The translations under genes were made by a program, and so were the position numbers. Shown here in pieces: positions 51,300 through 63,798 of a stretch of DNA of 64,000 nucleotides. Below the pieces are notes generated by a model, which worked only from the letters and a program-made list of their open reading frames with translations, had not been told where the DNA came from and ran no database searches. The stretch is from Macrostomum lignano (Eukaryota): the NCBI GenBank assembly GCA_002269645.1, contig NIVC01000366.1:434001-498000 (forward strand). The letters are read 5' to 3'. The stretch's first letter is position 1. Every line of letters starts with the position of its first letter.

Positions 51300-52316
51300 G
51301 GGTCTATGAAATTTGCTTGCGGAAATTTGCTTGTCGAAGTCTGCTTGCCGAACTTTGCTTGCCGAACTTTGCTTGCGGAATTTTGCCTGCCGAAGTTTGC
51401 TTGCCGAGCTTTGCTTGCCGAACTTTGCTTGCCGAACTTTGCTTGCCGAATTTTGCTTGCAGGAAATTTACTTGCCGAACTTTGCTTGCAGGAAATTTTC
51501 TTGCGAGGTTTGCCAGTCAAAGTTTTGCGGGACCTTAAAGAAACCTATTTTTGAGCTCTTGTATTTCTAATTTTCATTTTCTAAGATTCGTGGAAGTCGC
51601 CTATAGTGTTATGATTTACCAGGTAGTATGAGGATATGGCGGATTATTAATTACATTTTATATACTAAAATATTATTAGTATATGCATTATTATACATTA
51701 GCATCACTGCAATTATCATACCTGCTCAATCGTGCTGAAATCAGGAACTACAAAGATTTATACTGTTACCGATCCCTATCTACCTATACTAAATCTCTAA
51801 GCATTCTATATACTACATTCTTAAAATGAAACTCTATAAGCCTAGTTTGAAAGCTTAGTGTCAAGTCAGTTTACGTCGACCCTGATATGAATCCACTTGC
51901 AAAGCATCTGTAGTAAGTAATAATTGACTGACCAACTTTACAAGCAATCAAAACAAGCAAGCAAAAAAGAAAATAATTCTGCAAGCTAAAACCTTGCGAT
52001 TGTGTGATTGCAAATTTCTAGAAAGCAGACATCAAAATTTCGCAAGCAAAGCTCGGCAAGCAAAGTTCGGCAAGCAAACTTCAGCAAGCAAAATTCCGCA
52101 AGCAAAGTTCGGCAAGCAAAGTTCGGCAGGCAAAATTCCGCAAGCAAACTTCGGCAAGCAAACTTCGGCAAGCAAAGTTTGGCAAGCAAAGTTCGGCAAG
52201 CAAAGTTCGGCAAGCAAAATTCCGCAAGCAAAGCTCGGCAAGCAAAGTTCGGCAAGCAAAATTCCTGCAAGCAAAGTTCGGCAAGCAAACTTCCCGCAAG
52301 CAAACGTCGTACTCCC
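51300..52316. mobile_element. Foldback-like element 2 (inverted arms of ~15-bp GCTTGC/GCAAGC subunits)
   Basis: Left arm GGGTCTATGAAATTTGCTTGC...(TTGCCGAACTTTGCT)n; right arm (AGCAAAGTTCGGCAA)n...GCAAACGTCGTACTCCC. Termini correspond to those of element 1 in opposite orientation. Confidence 0.7.
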
Positions 52317-52317
52317 C

Positions 52318-53050
52318 TACAAGCCTCCCCATACTACAAGCCTCCCCACACTACAAGCCTCCCCACACTACAAGCCTCCCCACACTACAAGCCTCCCCAC
52401 ACTACAAGCCTCCCCACACTACAAGCCTCCCCACACTACAAGCCTCCCCACACTACGAGCCTCCCCATACTACAAGCCTCCCCTATACTACAAGCCTCCC
52501 CACACTACAAGCCTCCCCACACTACAAGCCTCCCCATACTACAAGCCGATCCCCACACTACAAGCCTCCCCACACTACGAACCTCCCCACACTACAAGCC
52601 TCTCCACACTACAAGCCTCCCCACACTACAAGCCTCCCCACACTACAAGCCAGCTCCACACACTCGAAGCCTCCCCATACTACAAGTCTCCCCACACTAC
52701 AAGCCTCCCCACACTACAAGCCTCCCCATATTACAAGCCTCCCCACACTACAAGCCTCCCCACACTACAAGCCTCCCCACACTACAAGCCAGCTCCACAC
52801 ACTCGAAGCCTCCCCATACTACAAGCCTCCCCACACTACAAGCCTCCCCACACTACGAACCTCCCCACACTACAAGCCTCTCCACACTACAAGCCTCCCC
52901 ACACTACAAGCCTCCCCACACTACAAGCCAGCTCCACACACTCGAAGCCTCCCCACACTACAAGCCTCCCCACACTACAAGCCAGCTCCACACACTCGAA
53001 GCCTCCCCACACTACAAGCCTCCCCACACTACAAGCCTCCCACGCTACAA
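52318..53050. repeat. 17-bp minisatellite (CTACAAGCCTCCCCACA) with recurring variant blocks
   Basis: About 40 copies, directly abutting foldback-like element 2. Confidence 0.95.
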
Positions 53051-56000
53051 GGCTCCTTCCATGTTCTTCTGTAAGCTCTCTCACCATGAGACTCCGCCTT
53101 TCCCAATCAGCTTCTCCACAATCGCAATCTTGATGGTGAGCTGAAAAGAGACGGCTTAAGTAATAAATCTTTTTAAAATGATATATTGATAAACACATGC
53201 TGCCCATTTAGTTTGTGCCAATTTTTATCACTATTTCGACGGACAAGTCTAACATCTTAGGGCAAAATAAACGTTGGCTGTTTTAACTTAAAAATCACAA
53301 TTGGTTGCATTTCAATAAATTCGTAAAATTTCTACTAAAAAAATATTGAGAAACGCCACAATAGAGTATTGGCATAGTGATTGACTTCAGCTCACTACAC
53401 TGCAATGACGCAATTATTTTCAACTCGGGCGCACTAGTGTGCACACTGCTACAGTTAAGAATGCTCACCAAGTATATGCTCTCCAAATATGTAAAAGTAC
53501 AAGTGCTAAAGCCTATTAGCAGCATGGATCATTTGGACTTTGCCTAAGTCTCTCGGTAGTGTTAAAAAACAACAATTAAGGTCGAAGTAACCGATTTTGC
53601 AACGATAATAGCACTGACCAACATGAAGCAACAAGAAATGAAGTAATTGATCTTATACTCGTACTCTAGGTCGTATACATCAATTGAACGTAGCTCGTAC
53701 ATGATGTACATTTTGATTTGCTGTGCAAGTCGATTCCTCCCTTGATTATCGTTGGTTTAAAGTGAAAGCGTTTTGATTGGCTTAGAAAACTTAGCTATCG
53801 GCCCACGCGCGAGATGCGGGGTAGAGAGATTGAGGGTTGTGCGCAGCTTTAGGCCAACTCCACTCCCCAGGTTTTTTCTACCCCTCCCCCTTCCTCGCAA
53901 ATCACCCACCCCATCCTCCGCTGCGCCTTATCTATTTTTAAACAAGCTATCTATAATCAGCCGGGCCTCATACAAGTTTGTAACAGATTTGAACTGAACA
54001 GGCTCTACATGCGGCCTAGGGTCGTTCTCAAAGTTTAGTCGTAAGCAGTGAAACAAATATTTTTGAAAATCAGCCTGAAATATTGAATCTTTTCTTATTT
54101 TAGCTCTAAAAGGACTTAAAAAATATATGCCTCTCATGGGTCTTAATCTTTTTTAACATTGAACTTTTGATGTTAATCTCATCAGAGTGCGCTATTTCAT
54201 TTTTCGATATATATTTTTATTATCGCACGAGCTATAATACCCACTTTAGAGAAGCTACATTCTGTTCACGTGGTCTTATTAAAGAAGAAAATTGATAAAT
54301 TTTATTTATAACTTTGGTTAACACAACCTAGAACCCATTTAACTCTTTCGATTGCAAAGCAGATGTTGCTATTTCGATTTTTGCTAGAAACGTAACATTA
54401 TGAATGATTAAAAAATTCACTTTTAATTAATTTGTTCTGTTGATAGAATAAGCTAATAGCTGCGTTTTCTGCTGTTTTTTTAAGAAAGATAGTCATATCT
54501 AACACTAAAGTATCAATTAAGGCAGTTTCATTCTATATTAAAAAAGAAAAGTTAAATAAATTCAATTTTAAGTTTTTTTCAATAGCACAAAATTAACCTA
54601 ACAAAGAGAGATTTCGCTGACTACAACAAAGCAAGTAGCACCAAAGTTATTTTAATTTAAAGTCCTCATCTGTGGGATGAGAAAAAGTACCACTTTTTTG
54701 TCTCTAGTTATGAAAAAAAAATTTCTCAGCATATTGTTAGGTTTTTTGGATGTTTTTTATGTACGCTCGTATTTAGATGAATTTTTGCTATTAATCACCC
54801 AATATGTTAGTCAGAACAAACAGAATTTCATTTATGTAGATAAAATTGACTATTTTTCTCTTAAAAACAGTCGTTTTTTGTTGTTTTCACACAATTTTTT
54901 TAACTGATTTAAAATTTGTATTGTAAGTTACAAGTAAACATAATGAGTCAAAACAAGAGGTAGTAGAAACTGAAAAGAAAATAAGAGTAACGAATAATAA
55001 AAAAGTTGCATGATTTGATTAGTCAAGAAATAGTATAAAAACAATTTTGCATCTGATTTATTATCTATGAAATTAGCTGTCTGAAGCACAAAAAATTAAT
55101 TTCTTTGAAACATTAAATTCATTCTCATATGTTCTGCAATTCATTAAAGATATATATGTAGCAACTTAAACATTCAGTTGATACTTTCCACCTTTGGATG
55201 CATATAGCTACTAACAAGAAAAAAGACAAAAGAAAAAACTTAATTGCCATTGATGCTGGCAATGTAATATTAAATATGGTACAGAAAGATGGAATCTCTA
55301 CAGAGTGCTGCCACACGAATTTGTGAAGTGTTTAACAGATTAGTCATGGCAGTACCATAACAGACATACTATATTTTATATTACTCTTCGATTGACAATT
55401 ACGCTTTAGATATGTTTTAGATGATGATTTTCCATTGGGACTGACTCTATATACCGAGGCCAGACACAGTTAAGTGCGGCTGACAGCACTGAAGCGGCGG
55501 TTAACAGAGAATGCGATGAGCTGTGGCCTGTGGAGACAGCCAGCTGATGTACGAGCATCAGTAAAAGGGAAAGACATCCAATAGTGTCTTGCTATTGGTT
55601 TGTTACATGTACAGCGAACATCTACTTTTATTCTAATGTGATCGATTTAATTCTACTGACCCAATTGGCTAAAGCACTGTAAACTGCACACCTCTCGGAC
55701 GGATATGTAATGCCATTTGCTGCACTTTTACCTGTTTCTCTGCCAGAACACCAGCATCATTGTATGTGCCACAATGCTAAGATGTGCAGTGGTCCTTTGG
55801 ATGTGGTTAGTTCTGCAGGCATCGACGTAATTTATCAAATGAGACGAATTGTATACCGAGCATGACAGCTAGTGCAGGGCCAGAATCGATTACAGAGGTT
55901 CGCCAGAGCAATTGCAGTGATCCATGTGGCTGCCGAGTCAGACGTCTGTAATAGGCTAATTAACTTACCAAGACCAAAGTATTTAATTTAAATTTATAAG

Positions 56001-56802
56001 CTGTTCTTTTAGTAGTTATGCAGCATAAGAAAATAGTATAGTAAAATAGTAAAATAGTATTAAAGCTATGTTGCAGAATATAAATGCTTGCTGAATTATT
56101 TTTAAAAAAAACGCAAGTCTGTTCGAAAAAAGATACATGCATTTTAGGTTTTAAAAGAAATGGCTTCCTAGCTCGTTTACTATATATATTCTAATTCAAA
56201 AAAACTTTTAATGCTTTAAAAGACATATTTTGCAAGCCTAATTTTTAGCTAAACCAGTTTTGTATATTTTAAGCATCATATTTCGGTGTTTAAGTACAAT
56301 ATTAAATTCTTGAGTGGTACAATATCAATTATTTCGGGTGTTTCTTGTTACGCGATAATTTTAAATACAAGCAATTTATACGAAAAAAACAAAATGTTGA
56401 TTTAAAAATAACATTTTCTATTGAAATAATACTTATTAAATAGTAAACATAGAATAAAAGATGTATCTAATTTATAAAAAAATAAAAGAAAACTTGCATT
56501 ATTTCACAATTTTTGGTCGTTTTATTTTCCGTTGCGAAAAATAACAAATTGCTAGATTTCGTCTTAAATATTTGGTTTCTTGTGGTTTTAACGGCAGTTT
56601 TTTAATTAAATTGACGAAAGAATCGTTTTTGCAAAATAATTACTTTATTCAAAAACTTTTTTTTCTGTACCAAAACATCATGACCTTAATTTGAGAACTA
56701 CCCCCTAAATATTATTATCAAAATAAGAGTGCATTTGATAATTTTCGATCTGTATTCTCTAAATAATAAATATAAATAATACTTGCTTGTTTACTCATCA
56801 TC

Positions 56803-58306
56803 ATGAGAGCTCCAACAGGAAGCATCGATTCAACAGTCTATACTACACTGCAACAACGACTATTGGCTTTCTTGTGTTGTTTAGTAGCTATGGCAACCGC
56901 TGTGCTGTTGTGGGGCGTCGGAGCTGAGGCTGTTCACTTCGGACACAAATTGTCCGGCTCTCTGCTGCTGATTGATGCCACCCTGATGACGGTCTTGGAG
57001 GCTGTGACAGTCTGTTTCTTACTGTTGCCAAGGAATAGTTGCATCCGGTGTCGCCGCATTGAGTGCCTATCAACCGGTCTGGACACCTACAAGCGGTCCA
57101 TTCTGTACGCTTTGCTCACTGCTACCTGTTTTGTACGGCTGGACGAGTATTGGATGCCGGCTGTACCGGGTGAGGCCTTTATTGATTTGCAGTTTTCAGA
57201 CAGAGTAATATTAGCGTTGTCACAATTGAAGACAAGATGATAACTATTTATTCCAATTCAGGTAGCGCTTTGATTCTGTCGTCTGTGATGTACATGCTAA
57301 AGCACTGCTGCAATCGCAAGGCAACCATCGATGTTGGCAAGATGCCATCGTTTTTTAGGTGAGAAAGATGTATTATGCGATAGCAATCTTGTTTTTATTT
57401 TGACTTGTAACTTTGGGTCACCACCTCTTGGCTTTACTCTCGATTTCCACTTCCATCTCCCTCCTCTCTTTCCCCTCCTCTCTCCCTCTTTCCCCTCCTC
57501 TCTCCCTCTTTCCCCTCCTCTCTCCCTCTTTCCCCTCCTCTCTCCCTCTTACCCCTCCTCTCTCCCTCTTTCCCCTCCTCTCTCCCTCTTACCCCTCCTC
57601 TCTCCCTCTTACCCCTCCTCTCTCCCTCTTTCCCCTCCTCTCTCCCTCTTTCCCCTCCTCTCTCCCTCTTTCCCCTCCTCTCTCCCTCTTACCCCTCCTC
57701 TCTCCCTCTTTCCCCTCCTCTCTCCCTCTTTCCCCTCCTCTCTCCCTCTTACCCCTCCTCTCTCCCTCTTTCCCCTCCTCTCTCCCTTTTTCCCCTCCTC
57801 TCTCCCTCTTACCCCTCCTCTCTCCCTTTTTCCCCTCCTCTCTCCTCTTCCCCTCTTCCTTCTATCTCCCTCTTCCTCTCTTGTCTTCCTATTTTGGCGC
57901 CAGAAGTTGCCAGTGCCAGATAACAGACAGCTCAAGCATCCAATTTTTCAGCTTCGAAGGAGCCGCCTCGCTGACACCGGAATCTGCAGTGCCGCCAACT
58001 GACGCTTCGTCACAGCAGCTGCGGCAGCCGCCAACGGCAAAACCACTCGGCCTAGACAATAAGAAGCAACAACAGCAGCTGCAGCCGCCTCCGCCGCTGT
58101 ACACCCCCACAGTGCACAGTGCTGTCAACGACTACTGGAGGGACCCCGACGTCAGCAACGTAGCTCCAGTTCCAGCCGTTCCAATAATTCAGCAGCCGCC
58201 TGCTCTTCCACCGCGTCGCAGTCGGCAGAACCGCGTACTGCTGAACAGCAGTGTCGCCGCCTCCGACCAACAAAATCATTGGTGTAAGAAGCTGGACGAC
58301 ATTTAA
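56803..58306 (+). CDS. TMEM72: TMEM72-like multi-pass membrane protein with a Pro/Gln-rich C-terminal tail, ~272-288 aa, 3 exons
   Basis: Exons 56803-57169, 57262-57358 and 57952-58306 (alternative in-frame acceptor gives 57904); GT-AG with matching phases. Motifs CCLVAMATAVLLWGVGAE, YKRSILYALLTATCF and WMPAVPGSALILSSVMY resemble recalled TMEM72 segments (CRLLGITTAAVLIGVGTE, FQKFLAYLLLSVACF, WHVTIPGSMLIITGLAY). The start may lie in an upstream exon. Confidence 0.65.
57467..57870. repeat. 20-bp polypyrimidine minisatellite (CCCCTCCTCTCTCCCTCTTT) in intron 2 of the TMEM72-like gene
   Basis: About 19 copies. Confidence 0.95.
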
Positions 58307-59169
58307 TAATTAAAGCATTCTGTGTCTGAAGTTATTCGTGTAGTCAAGGACAGTGCTACATTTATTATATGATTTATAAGGTTTAAAACCTTTTTAACAA
58401 GTATTAATTTAAACAAAACTATTAATAAGCGATTGGAATTTAATATAATTTTTGCCAACGAAGTTTTTTCTCTGTTCTCGGCAATTTAGCGCAATTTTAT
58501 TATATTTATTAAACAGCATATATAATGCGCAATTATTTACTGCACAATTGTTTGCATATTTTTAGCCGAATTACAGTACGAGTATATTCATCGTTTATGT
58601 ACGTTGCATTGAGTAAAATTCAAAACGAGTTGTTTACAATTAATTATTTCGAATTGTTTTTATGAAAGCGCAATTAATTGTTTTGCAATAATTATATTGA
58701 TTTATCGTTATATTTCACTGCTTTTTCTATTATCTAATTAATAAAATACATTCTGACTAGAAAAAAAGACAAATCGTTTTGAAAAAAATTTGTAGGTTTT
58801 TCATAGTTAAAAAAATTGATTTGTTCAAATAATTTGTAGCAGGGTACTATAGTGTTATTTATTTATTAGTTGCTGTAATTGACACCTCGAACAATTTTAG
58901 CCTTGAACGTTTTCACATTTACTTGATGCGTATATGTAGATTCGATGTATCTGGTGACTGGTGGGGTTCAATGCATGTACTTCTCGGCTGTCCCAAAATG
59001 TTTGAGACTTATGAGTTATAGAGTTGAAAATGTTTCTATCTAATGCACCATATTTTATTCCTTATAATAACTGCATTTATTGGTCATAAACATATTTCAG
59101 TCCTAGTTCATTTCGTCAAATATGCAAAGTGCCCTTAATTTTTAAGTGCAATGCCCGTGCTTCAGTCTA

Positions 59170-59570
59170 TTCAGATGACTTCAACAGTCAAAAACAACAA
59201 AACGTCAACATGAACAAAGGGGATGAACATCGTCAAGCAGTAATGTAGTCTCCTCCTGACTTCGCAATGGCTGTGAAACACGCGCTGCTCGAAGTCTTGT
59301 TTCATCCATCCAGCTGAGCAGAAATCTGTCGCAAAGGTTAAAGTCTGGATTATAGGGAGCCAATGGTACAGTATGCGGATGTTCCGGTTTTCTGTGTAGG
59401 CTCGAGTTTCTGCGGACACATGCGGCCTTGCATTGTCCCACTGCCAGATGACTGGTCCAGGTGAACCGGGTTGTTGCACGACTTGGGGCTTCTTCGCCAT
59501 AAGCAGTCCTCAATTCTTGGAAACACTGTTTATTCCGCTGGAACGCCAAGCTCTGGACGGGCACGGGGAT
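59170..59570 (-). pseudogene. Internally deleted mariner/Tc1 transposase relic
   Basis: CFQELRTAYGEEAPSRAT (HTH region), IWQWDNARPH and PYNPDFNLCD (YSPDLAPxD-like) lie in different frames. Confidence 0.75.
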
Positions 59571-59629
59571 AGAATTGGAAGTTATGCACATGTTGCTTTG
59601 CATGACTGCTTTAGCTCGCGTTGCATTAC

Positions 59630-61400
59630 GACAGAGCCAGGCTGACTTAAGTCTGTCCTGCTGTATGGTAGAACGCAAATGCGACTTGAAGCGTCGCAAA
59701 CTAGAAAAAGATCTTTTACAGTTGCATGCAGTTGAGACAGGTAAAGTTGCAGAAATCTTCAGCAATGCGGAAATGTTAGGGAAAAACGCAACATCGCAGT
59801 CATCCAGCGCCCCAATCACAGTGTCGGCTGCAGCCTCTGATTTTGACTTTCCAAAGGCGTTTCCAGCAGGCAAACTCACCCCTAACGACTGCATGGTTGT
59901 CCCCAAAGCTGCTGAACAGCAACTGTGCAAGCTCGAAGTCTTTGACATCGTATAAATGGATATACTTCGGGAGTAGGCACGTTGACTGGAGTAATACGAG
60001 CTACATCATGCTGGGCCTGGTCCCCCAATAGCGCTGCTGGAACTCGTACACATCAGCCTGGAAGTTTTCTTCCGGCGTGTCTTCGCTAGCACCACGCCCC
60101 TGCTGACAGCCTCTACGACGAGGGACGCGCCACTCTTACGTCCGCTTTAGCTGCAGCTTCGGATGCTGACGACCAGATGCTTTTGAAGACAAGTGCTGGC
60201 TTCTGCCTGCATCTTTTTCAGCGCAATGTTCTTGCTTGCTGTGAACAGATCGATACTAGCTTGATGAAGAAAGCTGGACAGAGGCCGGGTTACTGCCATC
60301 CCCTCGCCCATGACATGCAGCGCCCGATGAAGTTTGGCATTGTGCAGGTGGCCTTCAGCATCTGCTCCTTGGCAGCAGTTCTTGGATCGCAATCGGAGGC
60401 AAATTCGCAGAAATCAAGAAATTTCACAATTGCTGCGAAAAGCTGCGAAAACACGAGCAAGGCGTCGTCATTGCACTCGATATCCAGCGAGTATTGCAAA
60501 GGGTTAGGATTTTTTGCTGACGGCTTCTGCAGAAACTCTTTGAAGGGTGCAGGAACTCTGGCGGCAACTCTGAAAGAGCTCGAGCCGCTTTGCCAATGAA
60601 TTGACGAAGTTCGTTACTTCTGCTATAACCCCCATTGCGTTGCTAATTGGGGGCAGTTTGCAAAGGCATGAACGAGAGTAAGGTTTAGGCAGTGACTTGC
60701 GGCAGTGAATGTAGTACCATGGTATGCTGCTGGACACTTCTGTGCCGAACGTCAAGTGCCTGAACTCCATTAAACTCACCCCGCACTGCAGCGTCCCCAT
60801 CGTGACCTTGACCTACGACTAGTAGGTGGTAGTTGATGCCCTGCAACTTCTCGAGAAAACTGAACAATGCAGCGGCGAGTGCTGAGCCGGACTGATCGGT
60901 CATGAAAAACACTCGGAGAAAATCTTTCCTGAGAGTGCAGTCAGCATCCACGTACCGAGCAGCAACTGACATCTGCTCCTTTTTTGAGATGTCACATGTC
61001 TCATCATGAGGACAGAAAAACATGCTGCATTGACTTTGTTGGCCAGAGTTTCCTGAATCACGCAACCATGCAGAGGCTTCGAGGAGCTTGTTTTGAATTG
61101 TCTTGCTGATGTACTGTACTGTTGTTATACAGCATTGAGTAGTTGTATAACAAACGGCAACCGAAGCCTAAGACGAATATGGTCATTCACAGCTGTTCAC
61201 TCAGAAGACCACTGTCACGTTATTGGCGTAGCGGCCAGCTATGCGGTGACCCTTAAAAGGGCCGTTTTAGTCCCAAAATAAGTTGAAGTCAATTCTTGTA
61301 AAGCGGATTTTGTAGCGGAGCACTTGGCGATAAAGGCAGGAACTGCCGTAGTTGGTTTTATTGGTAGTATCAATACGGGGCTTGGTTAGAAGTTATATCA
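59630..61400 (-). pseudogene. hAT transposase relic (DUF4371/ZMYM1-like core and hATC dimerisation domain), frameshifted
   Basis: YISKTIQNKLLE; DETCDISKKEQMSVAARYV; GQGHDGDAAVRGEFNGVQA; YYIHC; FPNISALLKISATLPVST..KRSFSSLRRFKSHLRSTIQQDRL. A likely N-terminus (MKRTRLPPGLIENRRKK) lies at ~62555-62000. Confidence 0.85.
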
Positions 61401-62283
61401 ATAAACAAACGATAGCTTTCTGGGCACTGGCGGCTGCAACAATGGGTTGAATATAATTTGGATATGAAGTCAAGTGGCAGGCGAATGACACAATGGCGAC
61501 GTGACGTGAGCAGTGGCTATGAGCACAGTGAAGGCAGTGAAACGTAGTGGCGAGTTTGGCGTCGGTCGTGGCGTGAGACAGTCAAGTAAGTGTGTGAGCA
61601 GGCTGGCCCAGACAGAGGGGCCGTGGTGAGAAATAAGGAGGCTCGAGGCAGCCAGACGAACAGATAAGACAGCTAAGAGGCAGCAGGGAAGGAAACAAGG
61701 AACAAGAGAGGAGTGCCGCCGCCAGGCGGGGGGGGTTTAATAAAAGAGCGCAGAGGGGGGTAGCGCGAGCACGAGTGATTTCATTGGCTGGCGAGAGAAC
61801 TTAAAATTATCGATCGTGCCAATTTTATACGGTCGCGAGAGAGGATAGCAAAATATACAGTGAATTAGAAATTGCCACAAAATCGTTGGGCACTACTACA
61901 AGTAAACGTCGCAATAAACGAATGGAAAAGTTTAGTTGAAACGGTGAAACTGAAGGGTTGAATGACTATGGAGAACAGCAGTCCAACGGCCCTTTTCGGG
62001 ACCACCTTAAACTGACAACGTCACACCACCAATGCAACGAACAGACCGAAGTCGATGCAGTCGATTTCCCCTGCCAGTATAATCTTCAGTAGTAGAAGCG
62101 TGGGCTTCGGCAGCAGGGGCGCCGGATTCAGCAGCAGGACCAGAAGTTGGGCTCTGGAAATAATTGTGCTTCTCAATGCTCGACTGGAAAGCGGGCAAAA
62201 CTTCCTGCGGAAAATTCTTGTGCTCCCACTATTCCTACTGTGCTTCTGGCGCTTTCTTCGAGAAGACGAACCTTTTTTTGCGT

Positions 62284-62506
62284 CAGTGGCGCTGCCAGGA
62301 ATTTATTTCAGGGGGGGGGGCATTCAGCACCTGAGGAGGGGTATAGAGCTAGGAGGGACTTTAATTTTCTCCGGAATTTCTCAGGGGGAGGGGTTTTGAG
62401 GGGGGTTTAAAAAAAATAAGAAAAAAATTTTTTGTTTGGAATTTTGAGGGGGGTAAATTTTGGTTGGGCCAAGCCCTTCCACCCCCCCGCCCTAGCTGCA
62501 CCACTG
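62284..62506. mobile_element. hAT-type MITE, 223 bp
   Basis: Imperfect 16-bp TIRs (CAGTGGCGCTGCCAGG / reverse complement CAGTGGTGCAGCTAGG); 8-bp TSD TTTTGCGT / TCTTGCGT (7 of 8 match). Confidence 0.85.
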
Positions 62507-63534
62507 TCTTGCGTCTGTTTTCGATCAGCCCCGGAGGCAATCTCGTACGTTTCATCGTAGACTATGTATTTCTTGCAATATTTGCGGAACTTGCAAATGA
62601 GCGCAGAGATGCAACACTTTTTTTAAATAGTTTAATTACTTTAAAGCTTGGGTGTCTCTGGCCAACAAATACTAATTGATATCATCACTTAGTAAAATGT
62701 ATTTTGTACACTATCATGCCTGTCATACGCTTACAAGTGAGCGCGTTGCAACCTTAAATTAAAATATAGTAAAAGTAGCGTTTTAGTCAACATAAGTTAT
62801 GCTTCAGTATTTAAAGAACAATTATAAAGCACAAAATTTCAATTTCGTTATTATAGGCAATTCGTGAAATAATTAAGGTTATCAATATTGTTATAACGTT
62901 TTACCCCGTGCTAAATTTATTTCAAAATTCATGACTTATGTTTCAAATTTATCAAACAAATTATTGTGAAATCATATGGTATGGACCTATGCTAGCTAGC
63001 TTAGCTTAGCTGGGGACCTGCCGACCTGGGCAGTGGGCTTAGGCCTATTCACCAACGGGATTAACTTAGTTAACTTAGTTGGTTGCAATAATCATTCTAA
63101 TACCGAATTTTCGGTCTAACTCTAATAGTGTGACAACACTGACAAGTGACAAGCAGATTTTTATTTTTTAGGCAAATCTCTTTCTAAAAATACAGGCCTA
63201 GCCAAAACTGAAATAGTGAAATTTAAGAGATTTAATGCAAGATAAGATGGCGCAAATGATGGCGCAAGTGCACCATATATATGATGTTCACTGCTTAGCT
63301 TATGGGCCTGGTCTATGCTGCTTTTTCCACTCAACAATTAAATTTAATTTAGCCTTAGGGCCTAATTATTATAGATTTCTTAGGGCCTATAATTTAAATT
63401 TTAAAGCAAATCCAATAATTAAATTAAAGTCTAGGATAGGTAGGCCTATACAATCTACTATAGGCATAGCCACTGGGGCAATCTTTTACTTTACTGTGTT
63501 TAATTTATTTAACCATTTTTTAATTGCTGCTTTT

Positions 63535-63798
63535 CTAAGTGATGCTTTTCTGCGTCCTGCAGGTCGGACATGCCCAGGCATAGCCATCAACAAATTGGGC
63601 TCCATCCTTCCTCTGTAGCCACATGGCTAGAGCCTTAGGGCATTGTTCACATGCCCAAGAATTTTGTAATAGCCCATAGGTGGCCAGCCAGTGAATAGTT
63701 TGCTGGCTATTAGATGTCAGCAGCACAAGCTCGCGTAGCATGATGTCAATGTCATTGTCATACAGCTCGGCTGCTGGCCTTAGATTGGCCTTGGGCAT
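63535..63798 (-). pseudogene. Merlin/IS1595-like transposase N-terminal zinc-ribbon fragment
   Basis: WLATYGLLQNSWACEQC...DGYAWACPTCRTQKSIT resembles the GLL..C..C..DG..W.C..C...SIR start of Merlin transposases; the ORF stops before any DDE domain. Confidence 0.55.

Noticed and set aside
51290-52325. Target-site duplication for the foldback-like elements
   Set aside because: The flanks (ATAAC|GGG...CCC|CTAC and CATGC|GAG...CCC|ACTA) show no convincing direct repeat, so no superfamily was assigned.
51994-53144. Extensin-like (SPHYKPP) 378/379-aa ORFs
   Set aside because: Two overlapping frames give the same peptide because the 17-bp unit cycles through frames; the N-terminal part is a foldback arm.
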